Shown: one piece after another, positions 50,791 through 64,000 of the stretch
How the letters are laid out: every line of letters starts with the position of its first letter
How positions within the stretch are numbered: position 1 is the first letter of the stretch
Assembly (NCBI RefSeq): GCF_036321535.1
Contig: NC_087472.1
Location: forward strand, 91,948,001-92,012,000
Source of the DNA: Camelus dromedarius
Lineage: Eukaryota
Reading direction: 5' to 3'
DNA length: 64,000 bases
Position numbers and translations under genes: made by a program
Notes under the pieces: generated by a model
Told to the model about the DNA's origin: nothing
Database searches by the model: none
What the model saw: only the letters and a program-made list of their open reading frames with translations

Positions 50791-53700
50791 TATCATGTCT
50801 GCTGAGAGTTTACCTACCTTCTTATACATTTCCTTAAAGTTGCAAAATTATTTGTCAGAAATTCAAATGTCTTAGTATTGTAGTAAGGGTGATCATTTTA
50901 AATGATTCTCTCCCCTCGGTCACAGATATTATTATTAGGCATTGGTTCTGGTACCAATCATTGGGCCTAGAATAAACAACATTCCATGCTGGGAAGTGGC
51001 CTTATTCTTCTGATAGCTTGACAAGTTTTTAATCAGCATTGCACCATGCAGAGCTAGAAATAATAATTTGATTTACATGCAGTCTATAAGTGACATTAGA
51101 TAACAAATAGTTCTCAGCGGGAGAGAAATATGGTAGGCCTTTCAGTAGCTAAATATTATAGCTTGTCACACAAAAGGCTGTCCTTTGTTGAAATAATACT
51201 ACAGAAGTTGATTTTAGTAAATTACATCCCAAACTGGTTATTTGAATAGAGAGGCAAGTCATTGAGATAGATTAAGGTCATTAAATGTTGGGCAGGCGTA
51301 TGCCTACATCAGTTTTCCCTGTCTCTGTAGGGCATGCCAATTATTTTCAGATGACATAAACTCAAGTACATGTTTATCAGGAGTGATGACAAACAATGAA
51401 GTAAGTGCCTCTGAAAAACACCTGCCTGAAAGGTATTAACAGTATCAAATTATTCTATGTGTTCTTGCCTGATAATTAAAGTAACTTTCGTTATTTCCAT
51501 GATTTTACATACCATACCAATTATTTATAAATTTATAAATATAAATTATTATAAATGTTTTAGGCAGATTAAATCAATTTACCCAGAAGTATCTGATTTT
51601 CAGTTAACTGTCCATCTAGTCAAAGCACGCATTTTAATTTACCCTCTTTTTATAGGGTATCCCTGTCTTTAGAGGATCTCATTTTATAAAGCCCCAACCT
51701 CACAGACACTAGGTCAACGATACTAAGGAAAAACACTGGACCTGTTGATAGATTTAACCATATACCTTAACTGATCTGTTGAGGTCACTCTGTAAAACTG
51801 TTTGATTTTCAGTTCTTTTTTCTTAGAAACAGATCAAAGGTACCATCAATGATTCATCTTTAGAGTGGTTAATTTTATTATCTGTCCTCTGTATTATTTA
51901 TAAACTAATTAATGGAGAAATTACACTTAATGTAAAATACCTGAATATGTAAAACAAACTCTAAAATGTGAAAGGACCATGGACCCAAAGTTAGTCAGGG
52001 AAGGGTTGATTCAACACTCAGAGAAAACATTAAAATCCATTCCCTTGCTTTTAAGTAATCCCAGAGGAATGAGTCCCAGTGAATGAGAATCTTACCTAAT
52101 TAGAGGGGCAGATTTGATGACTTCCCTCAGTAAGCCTTCTAATAATTAGCAAGTCTTAATATCACAATATTTTTGATATTCAATTCTATTAATACTTATT
52201 TACAACAAAAGCATACAAAAATATTTTAGGTCTGTGGAACAAGTTTACACACGTACATTTGGATTTACATTTTCCACATTTTTGAAATTACACAATCAAA
52301 AGTAAAATCTATTGTTAGAAGGTTTAATCTTTATTTCAAAACATGCATTATTTTTATGTTACTGTAAAATATATTTTCATCCTCAGTTATTAGGGTAGAT
52401 TTTATTTTAGAGGGTGAATACCCTATCATATTCTGAAGTGTATTTATCCTTACATTCTTTTCCAAATTGTTTTTACAAGAACATCAGAAATTCAGTAATG
52501 ATAACCACCTATTTATCTTGGTAATTGCATGAAAATTTATTTAAAGCCAATATTCATTGCGCGCTCGATACTTTAGAAGGAATCGTGTATGTTTGATTGT
52601 ATCTATATCAACAGTTTGTGACCACATAGTAGGTCTTTAGTTAATATCTATTGAAATATTAACTAGAATCTAGTTTTAAATTCTCACTTGCTCTGATATA
52701 ATCCACATATTCATGTTATATTTCTTTAAAATATATACACACATAATATATATATATATGCTTTTCAGAATGAAGTAAGGGCTTGACTTTGTATATAGCA
52801 ATCAGCAGAGACTAGAGTTGAGTGGTTCAATTACTTTTACGTCTCCATGTATAGCTTTCAACAAACAGCAGACTTCTACTGATCTGAAGTCATAGCTTGA
52901 GAACTGACGAATCTAAGCATACCTATCATGCTCAGCAATCTATTCTGAACAGTTTTTCTCACCCTTTTTTTCCAATGAGTCACATGAGATGAACGACACG
53001 CACATATGCTTCAATTTCACGGCCTACTACATAAGCTAGCCTGTGGCTCTAATTCCTTCCCTCTTCCTCATGAAAGATGACACATATCACACTGAAAATG
53101 TTTTAGGGTGATGTAATGATAGGAACAATTTTTAAAAGATTCTACTTAGCTAAAAAATAAATTAAATGGTTTACAAAAATGAACTTCAGTTATTTGTGGC
53201 AAATTCTAAGTGTCCCATGTCATTACAGATATAGTATATCAATCCCTAATGACAGAAGGACAGTTGATTTAGTACAATATGGTGCCATCCTTTAATAGTT
53301 CCAAACAACAGGTCCTTTCTGAGGGTCATAATCTTTTATTTCTTAGTGTGACCATTTATAATTATTTGTAATGACTAAATGACAATGCTAATGATTTGTC
53401 TAAACTGCACTATACCCATCCATGTTTTAATTTAACACACAAAATTCAAATAGCTTTTGAGATACAACCCATTAGTATTAATACTTATTCTCAATTATTT
53501 GCTTCCTAAACATTCAGATCCAAAGCCATGGACTTGCTTTCTGAAAAGAAAGCGAGGAAGAGGGCAGAGGATACAAATATGAAATACCTTATCTCTAACA
53601 GACTGACCATCTGCTCCTTGATGTGTCACATTCTTAAGTTACCCAGCTTTTCTTAAAATAGAAACATGGATAAGAGTTTTTTCACTTTGGATGAAAAGTA

Positions 53701-54429
53701 GCTACAGGTTTTCTAAGAATAAAAAGATAATTTTGAAAGGAAAATGATAAAGGAAGCTTTGTTGGTGTTTCTTACACTTCTCTAGAGAAAGGATACTTCA
53801 AACAGAAGGAAGGGATGGAATATTGAGGTGCCACAGGGAAAGAATGGAAAAATCATTGCTTCTCTAAGAAGATTCTGGATGTGCTCAAGAAAGGATGCAG
53901 TTACTCCCAAAATAACAAAACCAAATAAAGTGAAGGACAGAAACTGGAAAGCCCAAGATTCCACAAAGTCAGGAAAAGGGGCCATACATAGTTTTAAGCC
54001 AAATGAGATCTTATTGTTGGTGGGAATGGTAGTGGTGGTTGTGGTGCCATGTTTTGTTTGTTTTCTTTTATCATGAGCACTTCCAACACAAAAGATTACA
54101 TATAGTGTGTGTGACTTGGAGGCTTCAGTAAGAACATTTTAAGTTTTAAAACTATCAAAATTTTTAACGTAAAATTACTTAAGTAATATCTCATATCAAA
54201 GAGACTTTATATAAACTATGTGAAAGGAATATATTTAGAGCGTTCATTGTTCAAACAGCTTAAGAATATTTAGAGTAAAATGCTTCCTTTTGTCTATATC
54301 ATGTAGCTGCTTGATTCAATACCATACTGCACTTTTACAATGGTGACAAAAATTAAACCCTATAATTTTCACTGACAGCTTAAATTGTACTTTGACCTGG
54401 TTCAGAAGTCTATATAATCATCAGAGTAA

Positions 54430-55146
54430 GTATAACAATATCTCCTAAGGGATCTCAAGGAATAAGGCCCAAATCCTATTTCATGGCCTACCAGGCTACT
54501 CCCAGTCAGGGCTCCTACGTTTATAATCTCATTCCCTCACTGCCTTCCCAGTGCAACTCAGACCTTGGGCAATGTCCCACTTATGTCTCACCTCCTTCAT
54601 TTCTACCTTTCCTCATTATATTTCCTTTGCTTAAAATTCTCTTTATCTTTTATCTATAATTGATAAACTCATCATTATATTTTGGCTTTTAACTCAAATA
54701 TGAACTTGTCTCTGAACCTTTCCCATATGCCTCTGAAAGAAAACAGAAATAGTGTGGTCTGGGGGAAAAGAGCAGTGGCTTTGGAGTCAGATTTCCTGAG
54801 TTCAAATCCTGGTTGCACTGTTTAGCTCTATGGCCTTGGGCAAGATGCATCATTATTTAGGGTCTAAAAATATGGAGATAATATCCATTCACTCTATGTA
54901 AAGCACTTAAAAGAGAATGTAATCCATGGTAATTACTCAGTTAATATTAGCTATTATACATATTACTTCCCAAAGAAAAACTAATGGCATCATCAACTGT
55001 TCTAATGCACTAATTGCTTAGTTCTATTATTGTACATTTTGTTGAATATGTTTATGTCTGGCCCTCTTGCTAGATTTAAACTCTGCTGTGTGTTCACAGA
55101 AATTTTTTGGTGCCTGGAATACATTCTAATTGGGTTTACTGAATGA
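54430..55146 (+). mobile_element. L2 interrupted by a MIR (~54745-54960)
   Basis: gaataaggcccaaatcctatttcatggcctaccaggct (L2); ggctttggagtcagatttcctgagttcaaatcctgg...gtaaagcactta (MIR); L2 tail actgaatga. Confidence 0.8.
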
Positions 55147-56324
55147 TCTGTTCATTGTGCTAGCTGCCATGGACAATATATTTTTACGGAAAATAAAGGA
55201 AAAAGGATATCTTTATGAAGGTTGGAATAAATACTCTGGAACATGCTTGATATTGTGAGCAGTGAAACTAATGGTATCTAGTGCTCCACACTGTATTATA
55301 GTTGTTAATTCTGGCTTTAGGAGTGTCCCAAGAGTACATGACAGTATGAAATCTGGGAGGTAGCAGAGACAAGGATTATCAGTCTTTAGTAATCAACTCT
55401 TGATATGTTAAACTGTAAAATCTGACATTAAAATATTCATAAAGTTTCTTAAGATTGGGGGTAAAAATAAGCTCTGTAGCATTACATTCTGAAATGGTCT
55501 AATTTCTTTTGTAAGGTGTCACATTTGCCAGTGAAGTGAAATATGGCGATAAATGCTCACAATTAAGATACCTCGACACATTTAATCAAATATCTTCTAT
55601 AGCATACAAAATGGCTTGAGAATTAACTTATTATTATTTTTTCTTAAAGGAATTATTCCCCCTTTCAAAAATTAGAAGTGACTGGGAAACTACTTGGAAA
55701 ACCAAAGTGTTCCCATATTTTTTATCCATTAGTTTCCAAATCCTAAAAGATGACTTCAACCCCATGATGAAAGATTGCTTACCAAAAATCTACTTATACA
55801 GAATTTGTGTTGAAATGAAGTCATTCCAGAGTGACTTCATTGCTACTTTGTGGAATCTTCCTAAAGAGTTGGCACAGTGCACAAGGGAAATAACTGACAG
55901 ACAGCTCAGTGTGTTCAATAAGAACACTCTAGGTAAGTAAATAAAAATACATTACTGCCTTCATGGACAAGCCAATGGAATAATGGTACTTTACATTTTA
56001 TTGGCATATATATTACTTGGAATTTACTGTTAATTGGTCTGAAACATTATCACTACATGAAATGTTTGCATTGACCATATGTTTATAATATCTGTTCCAT
56101 GCCTAATTAGACTGTCTCTGCTCCAAAAATCCACAGTGGAGTAAGAGCAAAATATCCATGCCATCTAGGCAGCCTAATGACCAAAGCATCAAGTTGTTTG
56201 AGTCCCTTCTCCCCTTTCAACTCTGGAATATCAGATAATTAAGGCCAGCATTGTGTGCTTGATTATCCAGTGGCTGCCATCCGTCAATTCACTTCAGCCT
56301 TTGTGTGCAAAGTCTAATCACATG

Positions 56325-56415
56325 GCTATTTCAACAATTATTTACTGAGGTCCTAATATGCTATATGCCATGTTATGGTGCTTTGGCTATATCAGTGAAC
56401 AAAACCAACCTAATG
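56325..56415 (-). mobile_element. L2 3' tail
   Basis: ttcaacaattatttactgaggtcctaatatg...atatcagtgaacaaaac. Confidence 0.75.
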
Positions 56416-57054
56416 ACTTAATGTTATTTACTTTAAAAAGTAGAGTGTCATGATTAATAAATAATAACCTCTTTCCTGCACCCTTTGTCATTAAATGTTT
56501 CACAAAGAGGCATTCAATGTATTACCAAATATCATATAAAACCTCAAAGATGCTAGGAACATTTTTTTGGTAATCCTTTAGCTTCTTTTCCTCACAAATT
56601 TTGGATTCTTTTAACAGAAACTTGCTCCAAGCGTGCACAGTGAAAGAAATTATTTTTATTGCAGAGAAATGATGACTCACCACAGAAAATTATTCATTAA
56701 ATTATGCTTATTATCAAATTTTTAACTTCTTTTCTTATAATAAAATTATTTCTCTAAATTATATGTTTTTCTAAAGTATTAATATTTCGAAGTTCTCTGT
56801 GCACTGAGCAAAAAATTCCTTAAAAATGTATTACTATAATTTCTTATAAAATTATTAGGATTTGAAGAATAATTGAAGCATTTTAACAGTACGCTATTTG
56901 GAAATTTATATACCGCTAGTTAGTTCCACAAGTGCCAAAATATGCTACCATTATTTTTTATGCAGGGAACTCACGTTATACAAAGAGGAAAAGTAAATCA
57001 GGAAACATAAATTTGTCCTCCAGCACTGTGCTAATTTGACATAAAAATAACAAC

Positions 57055-57318
57055 ACTAGGAATTTTTTTTTTACAAGAGAACAAATCTACACTTTGATAT
57101 ATTTACTTTCCAATAAGTTTAAATCCTTGAGTACAGCATCACGTGAATTCTGTGTCCAATGGCCTTAGCAGAAAGGTTGCTTCGGAATTTGGCATGAACC
57201 ATGCAGCAAAAATGGCCTTGGACCACAGCCTTCCAGGCATATTTATCATTTTAGAAGTCCTGTTCCCAGCAGGCATCCACAGGCTCCAAGATGGCTGAAA
57301 GAGCAGACTAGGAATTTT
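57055..57318 (-). pseudogene. RPL35A: RPL35A (60S ribosomal protein L35a, eL33) processed pseudogene with internal deletion
   Basis: Minus strand reads: pyrimidine-rich 5'UTR ctctttcagccatcttgg...gggaacaggacttctaaaa; ATG at 57240 giving [12 protein letters not shown]; then [27 protein letters not shown] (57202-57119); 3'UTR and poly(A). Perfect TSD ACTAGGAATTTT at 57055-57066 and 57307-57318. Confidence 0.97.
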
Positions 57319-59309
57319 GACGTCTCCAAGTAATATGTATCTTAATAATGATAGGGTGTCAATAGGAAAAAATCATGAAAAATATGGTACTTTTACTCCC
57401 TGAGAACTAAAGTAACTTGATGATGACCAAAACACAAAATGGCATGGCAAAGAGCAGAGACCTTCACTTTGTGCATACATTTTAAATAGGATTTATACTC
57501 TCCATCAGCATTCAACCTTTAAGTAAGTCCCCGTAGTAACATTAGTGAAGACCAAAGCTATTGGAAACTCAGAGAAGATAGAGAAGAGTGATTTTTCCAA
57601 TGCTATTCATTCTCACAGGGGCACTGTTGTCCAACTAGTAACATGCTTGCTCTCAGATATCACACATGGAAATCCCTTTACGACAATGATCTTCAGAGAA
57701 TGAGGGAATGGAACTTGGAGGAATTTATTCTTAGCATTTAGCATTTTGGTTGTTTAATGATAGTGTCCTATTGATCATGAGGAGTTTTGTTCAGCCAAGA
57801 ATGCATCACCAAATACTTACCTTATGCTGTTAAGGTTTTCAAAAGGAAATGGATTCAAGACCATTATTTCTTTAGTCTCCTTCATATAAATGGAGGAGTT
57901 ATAATACTATTATGTTTAAAGAGATAGAATGACATCTCATGGTAAAGCAAATGTGATGATTTCTGGCTTCCTTATCCTACCAGAGATTTCCCTAACAACT
58001 TCTGATTTATACTAGTATGGGCACGTTGATTTCTAGTCAGTATTTCCAAATGGCATTTACTTTTATTCTGATGCATTTGATTGTAACTCAGTGACCCTTG
58101 TCGCCCTCATTTTCAACTTATTTCTACCATAAATTATTTCATTCAAGGAATACTGTCAGATTTCAGCATTTAAGAAAAATGAGTCATTTTTAATCACTGT
58201 GCAGCAAAAATAGATCTCTGTGAATATGCTGAGGTAAAGCGACTTCTATTTATTATATAATTGAAATTACTTACATGATTAAACTTTGCTGAGTTTAAGA
58301 AATCTGCATTGGCTAATTCAATCAGCATGACTGGAATGGGTGAAAAACTAAACAGCAAATCACATATAAACCTCGTCTAGCTTCTTAGTTCAACATGATT
58401 TCATAGTGATAATTACCAAGGGAAATATGAATCAAGGAATATTTTCTATATTCTGTAGTCAAAACAAAGAAGACAATTAAGATGTTTGCCTTCAATGTAG
58501 ACTTGAGTGTAAAAACAATTGTAAGCGACACCAAAGGCTTTAGGAGTATAGAGAGAGGAATGGCACAGATTTGTATTCTAAGATGCTACTTTCACATCCA
58601 TTCACAGCTAAACTTGGTAGGTCTTTTTCTCTCTGGAATAAGCACAAGTTATTTAAAAGTTTCTCTGACTTTTCTGCATCAGACTTAACAACACTGTCAC
58701 AAGGAAAAAAGAAACAATAACAATCAAACAAATCATCACCGTGAGTTTGCACTAAAAAACACATAAGAAGTGCTACATGCTTCTTCAAGCTAATCCCCAT
58801 ATATTTTTTCTAATTAATGGAAGGTTATGCTCAAGTTCAACTTATTGCAAACAAACTCAATTGTTGGAAAAATTAATAAGGCTAAACAGAAAAAAGTACT
58901 AAGGAAATGATGGGGCTGTTTGATGAGACAATGCTTACAAAGTTGTTCATTCATTCATGCAGTTGCAGAATGAGAAAAGCTGTATTTCCTTCCAGAAAAA
59001 GAACTTCAACACTGGCTCCATCCTCCTCACTGTACTATTTCTATGTGCATGCTTGTTGGCAATCTGTTTCAGGGGAAAATTAACGCTTACCTAATATAAT
59101 AGCATAAAAGTCAAGCAGGTATTGTAAACAACGTTGAAAACAGAGAAATCATCTTCATCAACAGCTTTTTCTAAACTAAATTATTTTAAAAGCCAGCAGC
59201 ATTAAATGTGCCTATAGCCTAATAATACTGATTAAGAAGCTTTTCATTATAAAGTTCTCAGTGCACATAATCATAAATGCAGTACTCTTCTCTGACTCCC
59301 TCACACTAC

Positions 59310-59610
59310 ATAGTTATGTATAGACATAGGTATATATGCATATGTACATATATTATAAACACACGTGCTTTGTCATGTGCATGTGGTCACATAAGAATAC
59401 TGCAATTATATATAATAAAATATTATATAATTATATAACATAAATTTTAAACTAACATACATGTATTTATGTTAATATATATTATATTGTATTATTAATA
59501 TAGCATATGTAAGTAGTTTATTACCTTAATTATTGTTTTATTACACATGTATTATTTATATATGTCATATATATGTCATACATATATATCCAATATATAT
59601 GTATACATAA
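59310..59610 (+). repeat. AT-rich (TA/CATA)n low-complexity region
   Basis: Directly visible. Confidence 0.85.
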
Positions 59611-59629
59611 GAAGATCATTTATAAAGTG

Positions 59630-59775
59630 TTATTTTTCCACTTAAAGGTGAAGGGATAGGATTCAGAGAGGTTAGCTGATTTGATCAAGGTCATATAGCT
59701 AGGAAAGGGCAGGACTGGAACTGGAGCCTAAATCTGAGATTCCCTAGGATCTCTTGTCTTCCTCCATGCCACAAC
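59630..59775 (-). mobile_element. MIR
   Basis: ttcagagaggttagctgatttgatcaaggtcatatagctaggaa...ggactggaactggagcc. Confidence 0.85.
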
Positions 59776-61339
59776 CACTTTTCTTGTCAAATCCAGAAAA
59801 AAAAACTGGAAAGATATAGAGTGATTTTATATATTAGTAACCCAGACTGAATATTCATATTCGAAGTGAGATGACTGAATATTTACAATTACTCATCATC
59901 AAAAAACTAACAATGTTGGATATTTTGTTAAGATGACTTCTGGTTGCAGTACTGAATCAATCTATATGTCTCACTGGTTCAATGCATGACTTTGATTTTT
60001 TTCCATTTCACTTTGTTTTATAGAGAGCTGTTGCAACAAACCTAACCACTGTGAGACATGTGTTTTGATATTTAAGGGTTTTTTTAATGATCAGTCTTGT
60101 CATCAGACAACTTATAACACAATGGAGTTGGATAATTGGTTTTAGGAGCGCAAACTATGACCAAAGCCAGGTTTTTCTTCAACCCCAAATAGAATCTAGC
60201 TCTCACCTTAGCTCCATTTACACCGTAGTTTGGCTATCAACTCTATTAGCAAATATGTTCTTTGAGAGTCTAAAGGTAAATGAACTGAAAAGAAATTCAA
60301 TACTATTTCACCTATATTCCTGTTTCATTTTCTCTAGTCATTACAAATTCATTTAACTGAGTTTTCATTATAGTTTTAGTCTAAGAAACATCAGATAGAA
60401 GTGTCAAAGGCACCATTTTGTCTTAGTACACGTGCTTTTCTTCTTTCCCAAATAATGTTTATAGCTCATGTATAAGGATATTTTTCCCACTAGTTTCCTA
60501 TTAGTATGCAGGCACAGGGTATGAACTGAGGAGTCTGTTTTACCCACCAGTCTCTCCAGGAAAGACAAAATGATTTCAGAATAATAGAAATGCAGTTTTG
60601 CGAAGTGGCTGAAACGCAACATCATGCTAGTTAAAAGCTTGTAAGTGGTCAGCAAAGAGACATAGAGTTTTTCTCCTTGGATCTGTGACTGTAGAAAGTC
60701 CTAAAGATATGAGAAGCTTCCAGAGTCACTCTCATTTGCAAGATTCGTATGCCAGACACTAGGTCACTACTTTATTTTTATAATAGTTGGAGGAGAAAAA
60801 TATTGAAATAAACCTACCAACCAATGCTTAAAACAATGGGTGTAAGGTCAGCTGTGTGCTCAAGCTGACTGCTGGCTGGATTGACAACGTTATTTGGATC
60901 TCTCCTTAATTCCCAAATTAAAACTTTTCTAATGATGGTTGACCTGACCATAACTAAAAAGGATCCTCTATGGCAGAACGTGGAATTTTAATTTTACTTT
61001 CAGAAGACCACCCAGAATCTAGATGAATAATCAAATTGATGTAAATAAATTATTTGAAATGACAAAATTTTATAAATTAAACTAATATATAAACCTCTGT
61101 TCTTATTTCAAGCAAAAGCTGATTCACTAGCAATATAACACAGATATAAGAAGGCTAATGTTTAGAATATGTCTCTTTTTCTTTCTTTAGACTATTTCTG
61201 TATAGTATGTCTTTTCCCCCAAAGAGCCATGGAACTACTTGGGATAAAGGGTTGACCTGTCATTCATCATCAACAACAGAAAGTTTAGTGTTGTCAATGT
61301 ACATGTTGTAAGTAAAGAATCAGAATAGAAATGATAATA

Positions 61340-61985
61340 GCATTTGAGAGAGGAGTTGGGTTCAGCTCTTGTCATGTTGAGGGACAGTGCAGATGTTGGA
61401 GTGATGGTTTTGAGCAGGTGAGGAGTATATGCAAAATGTTGATTTAGAGGTAACCCTTGAGTAGTTTGGAAGACAAATAGAAGGAGGAGACAGAAAGGAA
61501 AGAAGATTGGTTAAGGCACTAGAGTGTAGTCCTAGCAAGGTAATGAGGGTGGCAATGGAAATGGAAAGGCTGCTACAAGCACAGAATAATTTATAAGACA
61601 TAGAACATGAGAGAAGAGGAGAAAAAAGACTATTGCATGACAAAAGTTCAAGCCTGTGTAACTAAGAGAATGACCAGATTGGATATTGAAATAAGTTCTG
61701 AAAGGATTTTAACTTCAGGGTAAAGATAATGAGTTTGATTTTAGACAAGTTGAATTGGAGGGGGACAGTAGGTCATCCAGTTGGATATTTCTACTGGGAA
61801 ACTAGAGGTGAGGAACTAAAGTTCTGGACACTTGTCTGGGTCATAGAATCTGATTTAAGAATAAATTTATACAGGTTAAAGATTAAACTCTGAGATAATA
61901 TCATATCTCCAAAGGAGAAAGTACTTACTATATCCCATTGGACCTTTAATGTGTGATGTGAACTGAGACAAGGGGCATGATTTGA
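61340..61985 (-). mobile_element. L2
   Basis: gggttcagct...ggttttgagcagg; gataatgagtttgattttagacaagttgaattggag...catccagttggata. Confidence 0.8.
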
Positions 61986-62569
61986 TTTATGGTATGTGCA
62001 AAGCCGCTGAAAATATTTTGCTATGGAATTAATGTTTACAACTGGCTCAGGGCAAGAAGCTCTAAATTTGCAACATGTCATTTCTTAATACCAGAATACA
62101 AGAAAGGGTGGCACTTTATGTAGCTATGACCACAGAGGTATGAGAAGATGGCTTAAAAGCAAACATAGCTGTGTTATTTTAACAATTAAGTATTCAAATA
62201 AATACACTCTGTATATTTATTGCATCTTGTGAGTAATTTCATTTAAGCAAGCATGACATGTAGCACAAGCGTTTCCATGGTGACTGCTGGTTAAAAGAGA
62301 GTTACAATTAGGCAGAAAGAATCAATCTTGAGGACTGTCAAAGCTAAAGGGAGAAAATATTTAATGAAAAAATACTGAAGAAACAATATATAAGAAAAGT
62401 TATGTTTTTCCAAAAATTGTGATTATCAAAAATTTTTTGAATATTTTCAGTTACAGATGATAATAAAATTGAGATAAATGTTATCATCCTAAATGTATTC
62501 TCTGTTATCCATTGTTTGGGCAGAATTAATAACAGTAGCATTATCGACCTAATAATCCTTTCAGAAGGG

Positions 62570-62760
62570 GCAGCATAATGTAGAAGAACTAAAAAGGAAT
62601 TTTGAGTGTAGGACTGAGCCTGGCATTTTACTATGTGCCCTTTAGGATGTCAATTAACCTCTTGGAAATTTCCTTCCCTGGTTTATGAAGTGGGGAAATG
62701 CTACCTAATTGGGTTTCCCTGATCTGTGAGGATGAAATGAGATAACATGGAAGAACTACA
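62570..62760 (+). mobile_element. MIR
   Basis: gcagcataatgtagaag...attaacctcttgg...gtgaggatgaaatgagataacatg. Confidence 0.75.
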
Positions 62761-64000
62761 TCAATGTTCTGGTCGGCTGTTACCATTCTTGCTAGATTAT
62801 CTGACCAAATAATTTGCTCTGTGGTGCAACCCAAAACATCATGTGATACCTACTGGAGGAAATACCTACAGGAACTTCTGCCAGGGCATCTTACCAGGGA
62901 AGAAAGGGTTTCTCTTTCCATCCCAGAACATAAAATGTGCAACTCTTTATGTGAGCCCTGTTCAAATTCCCATGATTTTCTGCACTGGGACTGAGACCTG
63001 GAGGAAAGTATTTATGGTAATAAAATGACACAGACTTATAAGAATAGCTTGTAGGGCCATTCTGCCCTAGAATCCTTTAAAATGATCTCAGCCTTCCCTG
63101 ATGGCTTTAATCAGGCATTACGAGCCTTTTCAACGCTCCACTGAGCACCACAGAAGCTGCTTCTGTGGGTAGGTTGCTAGTCCTGGGTCAGTGAATCTAT
63201 TTAATGCAGATAAAAATCTTGTCTGGGAAGGTGAGCTTGGGGCAGGAGGAAGGAAAAAGGTTTTCTCTCCTTTGTGATCATGAATTGATTCCCAAAGCAG
63301 CTAGAAGAATGAAAAACATTAAACGAACGATGAGGGCATCAGAGAGTTTGCCTGGGAGTGCTAAAAATGAACAGAAAATGGGTAATATTCACTTTAAAAT
63401 TTAAATCTCTTAGCTTCTGTGATCTTAAAGACAGCATTCTGAAGGATTCTTCTGTGTTATGTTGGAACAGAAGTTATGAAAATCTCCTAACCCATAAAAG
63501 AATCAACTTTCGTAGGATGGAGCGTTTTGTAGCAGAAATTCTCCAGTCATTTCCTATAAAATGCATATTGTTACATATTTTTTAAAGTCAATAAAAATAG
63601 CTGAATGTCTTACTCTGTCCAGAAAGGAGAAGCACTTCGTATTAGAAGGACGCATATGCTAGCTGCAGCTAAGTTGCCAATTAAATCTGCTTTGTATAAA
63701 ATTTGATTATTTGATATTTTAATGTTGAAATGAATCTATTTCTGAGATGCTTCATGGCTTAGAGTCATAAGAAAAGACTTACTTTTCTGTAGCCTTTGCA
63801 GCAGTTCATTTTCTAAGCATGAAAACAAGGTGCAAATTTATAATTTTAAGGATCTCACTGAGACCTTTGTGACTTCTAAAAAAATCAAATATGTCATGAA
63901 TCCTATCATAGGAAAGAAGCACCACACAAAGGTCATATAAGATGTAGGTTCCTGGCAATGCCAGATCTGCACAAACTCATGACTTAGTGTGAGCAATGTC

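Noticed and set aside
57811..57900. Minus-strand donor AAG|GTAAGT with upstream ATG frame MKETKEIMVLNPFPFENLNSI
   Set aside because: The upstream part looks MIR-like, the peptide is unrecognised and there is no other support.
60847..60869. Hairpin GTCAGCT...AGCTGAC
   Set aside because: A 7-bp stem is expected many times by chance in 64 kb.
2274..63585. The six-frame ORFs as protein-coding genes
   Set aside because: All are short (at most 127 aa), many start at GTG/TTG, and many overlap repeats or microsatellites. The only recognisable ones are L1-derived pieces (2326-2550, 21554-21748, 36892-37182). No exon chain is evident.
1..64000. Host gene identity, tRNA/rRNA/snoRNA genes, NUMT, endogenous viral ORFs, CpG island
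   Set aside because: None recognisable on either strand by eye; a BLAST or Infernal search would be needed to exclude weak hits.

Overview
AT-rich placental-mammal non-coding DNA (intergenic or deep intron), heavily covered by interspersed repeats: old L1M, L2 and MIR, hAT-Charlie and Tigger MITEs, MaLR LTRs, and younger L1 3' ends. The young L1 3'UTRs resemble artiodactyl and camelid L1s, and I saw no Alu, BovB, Bov-tA or PRE-1, so a camelid (Camelus/Vicugna) source is likely (inference). I can support no protein-coding exon; the supplied ORFs are repeat-derived or chance. The only recognisable gene-derived sequence is an RPL35A processed pseudogene (57055-57318, minus) with both mRNA ends, a perfect 12-bp TSD and an internal deletion of about 208 nt. 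Other notable structures are a polyadenylated, U5-less MLT1A-like LTR retrocopy with a candidate TSD inside an L1, a poly(A)-only insertion, an internally deleted L1, a duplicated GGATTA+TCATGTGA motif module and several enhancer-like unique stretches. I found no convincing novel biological system. Repeat family names come from recalled consensus sequences, and boundaries are approximate unless a TSD or TIR is quoted.
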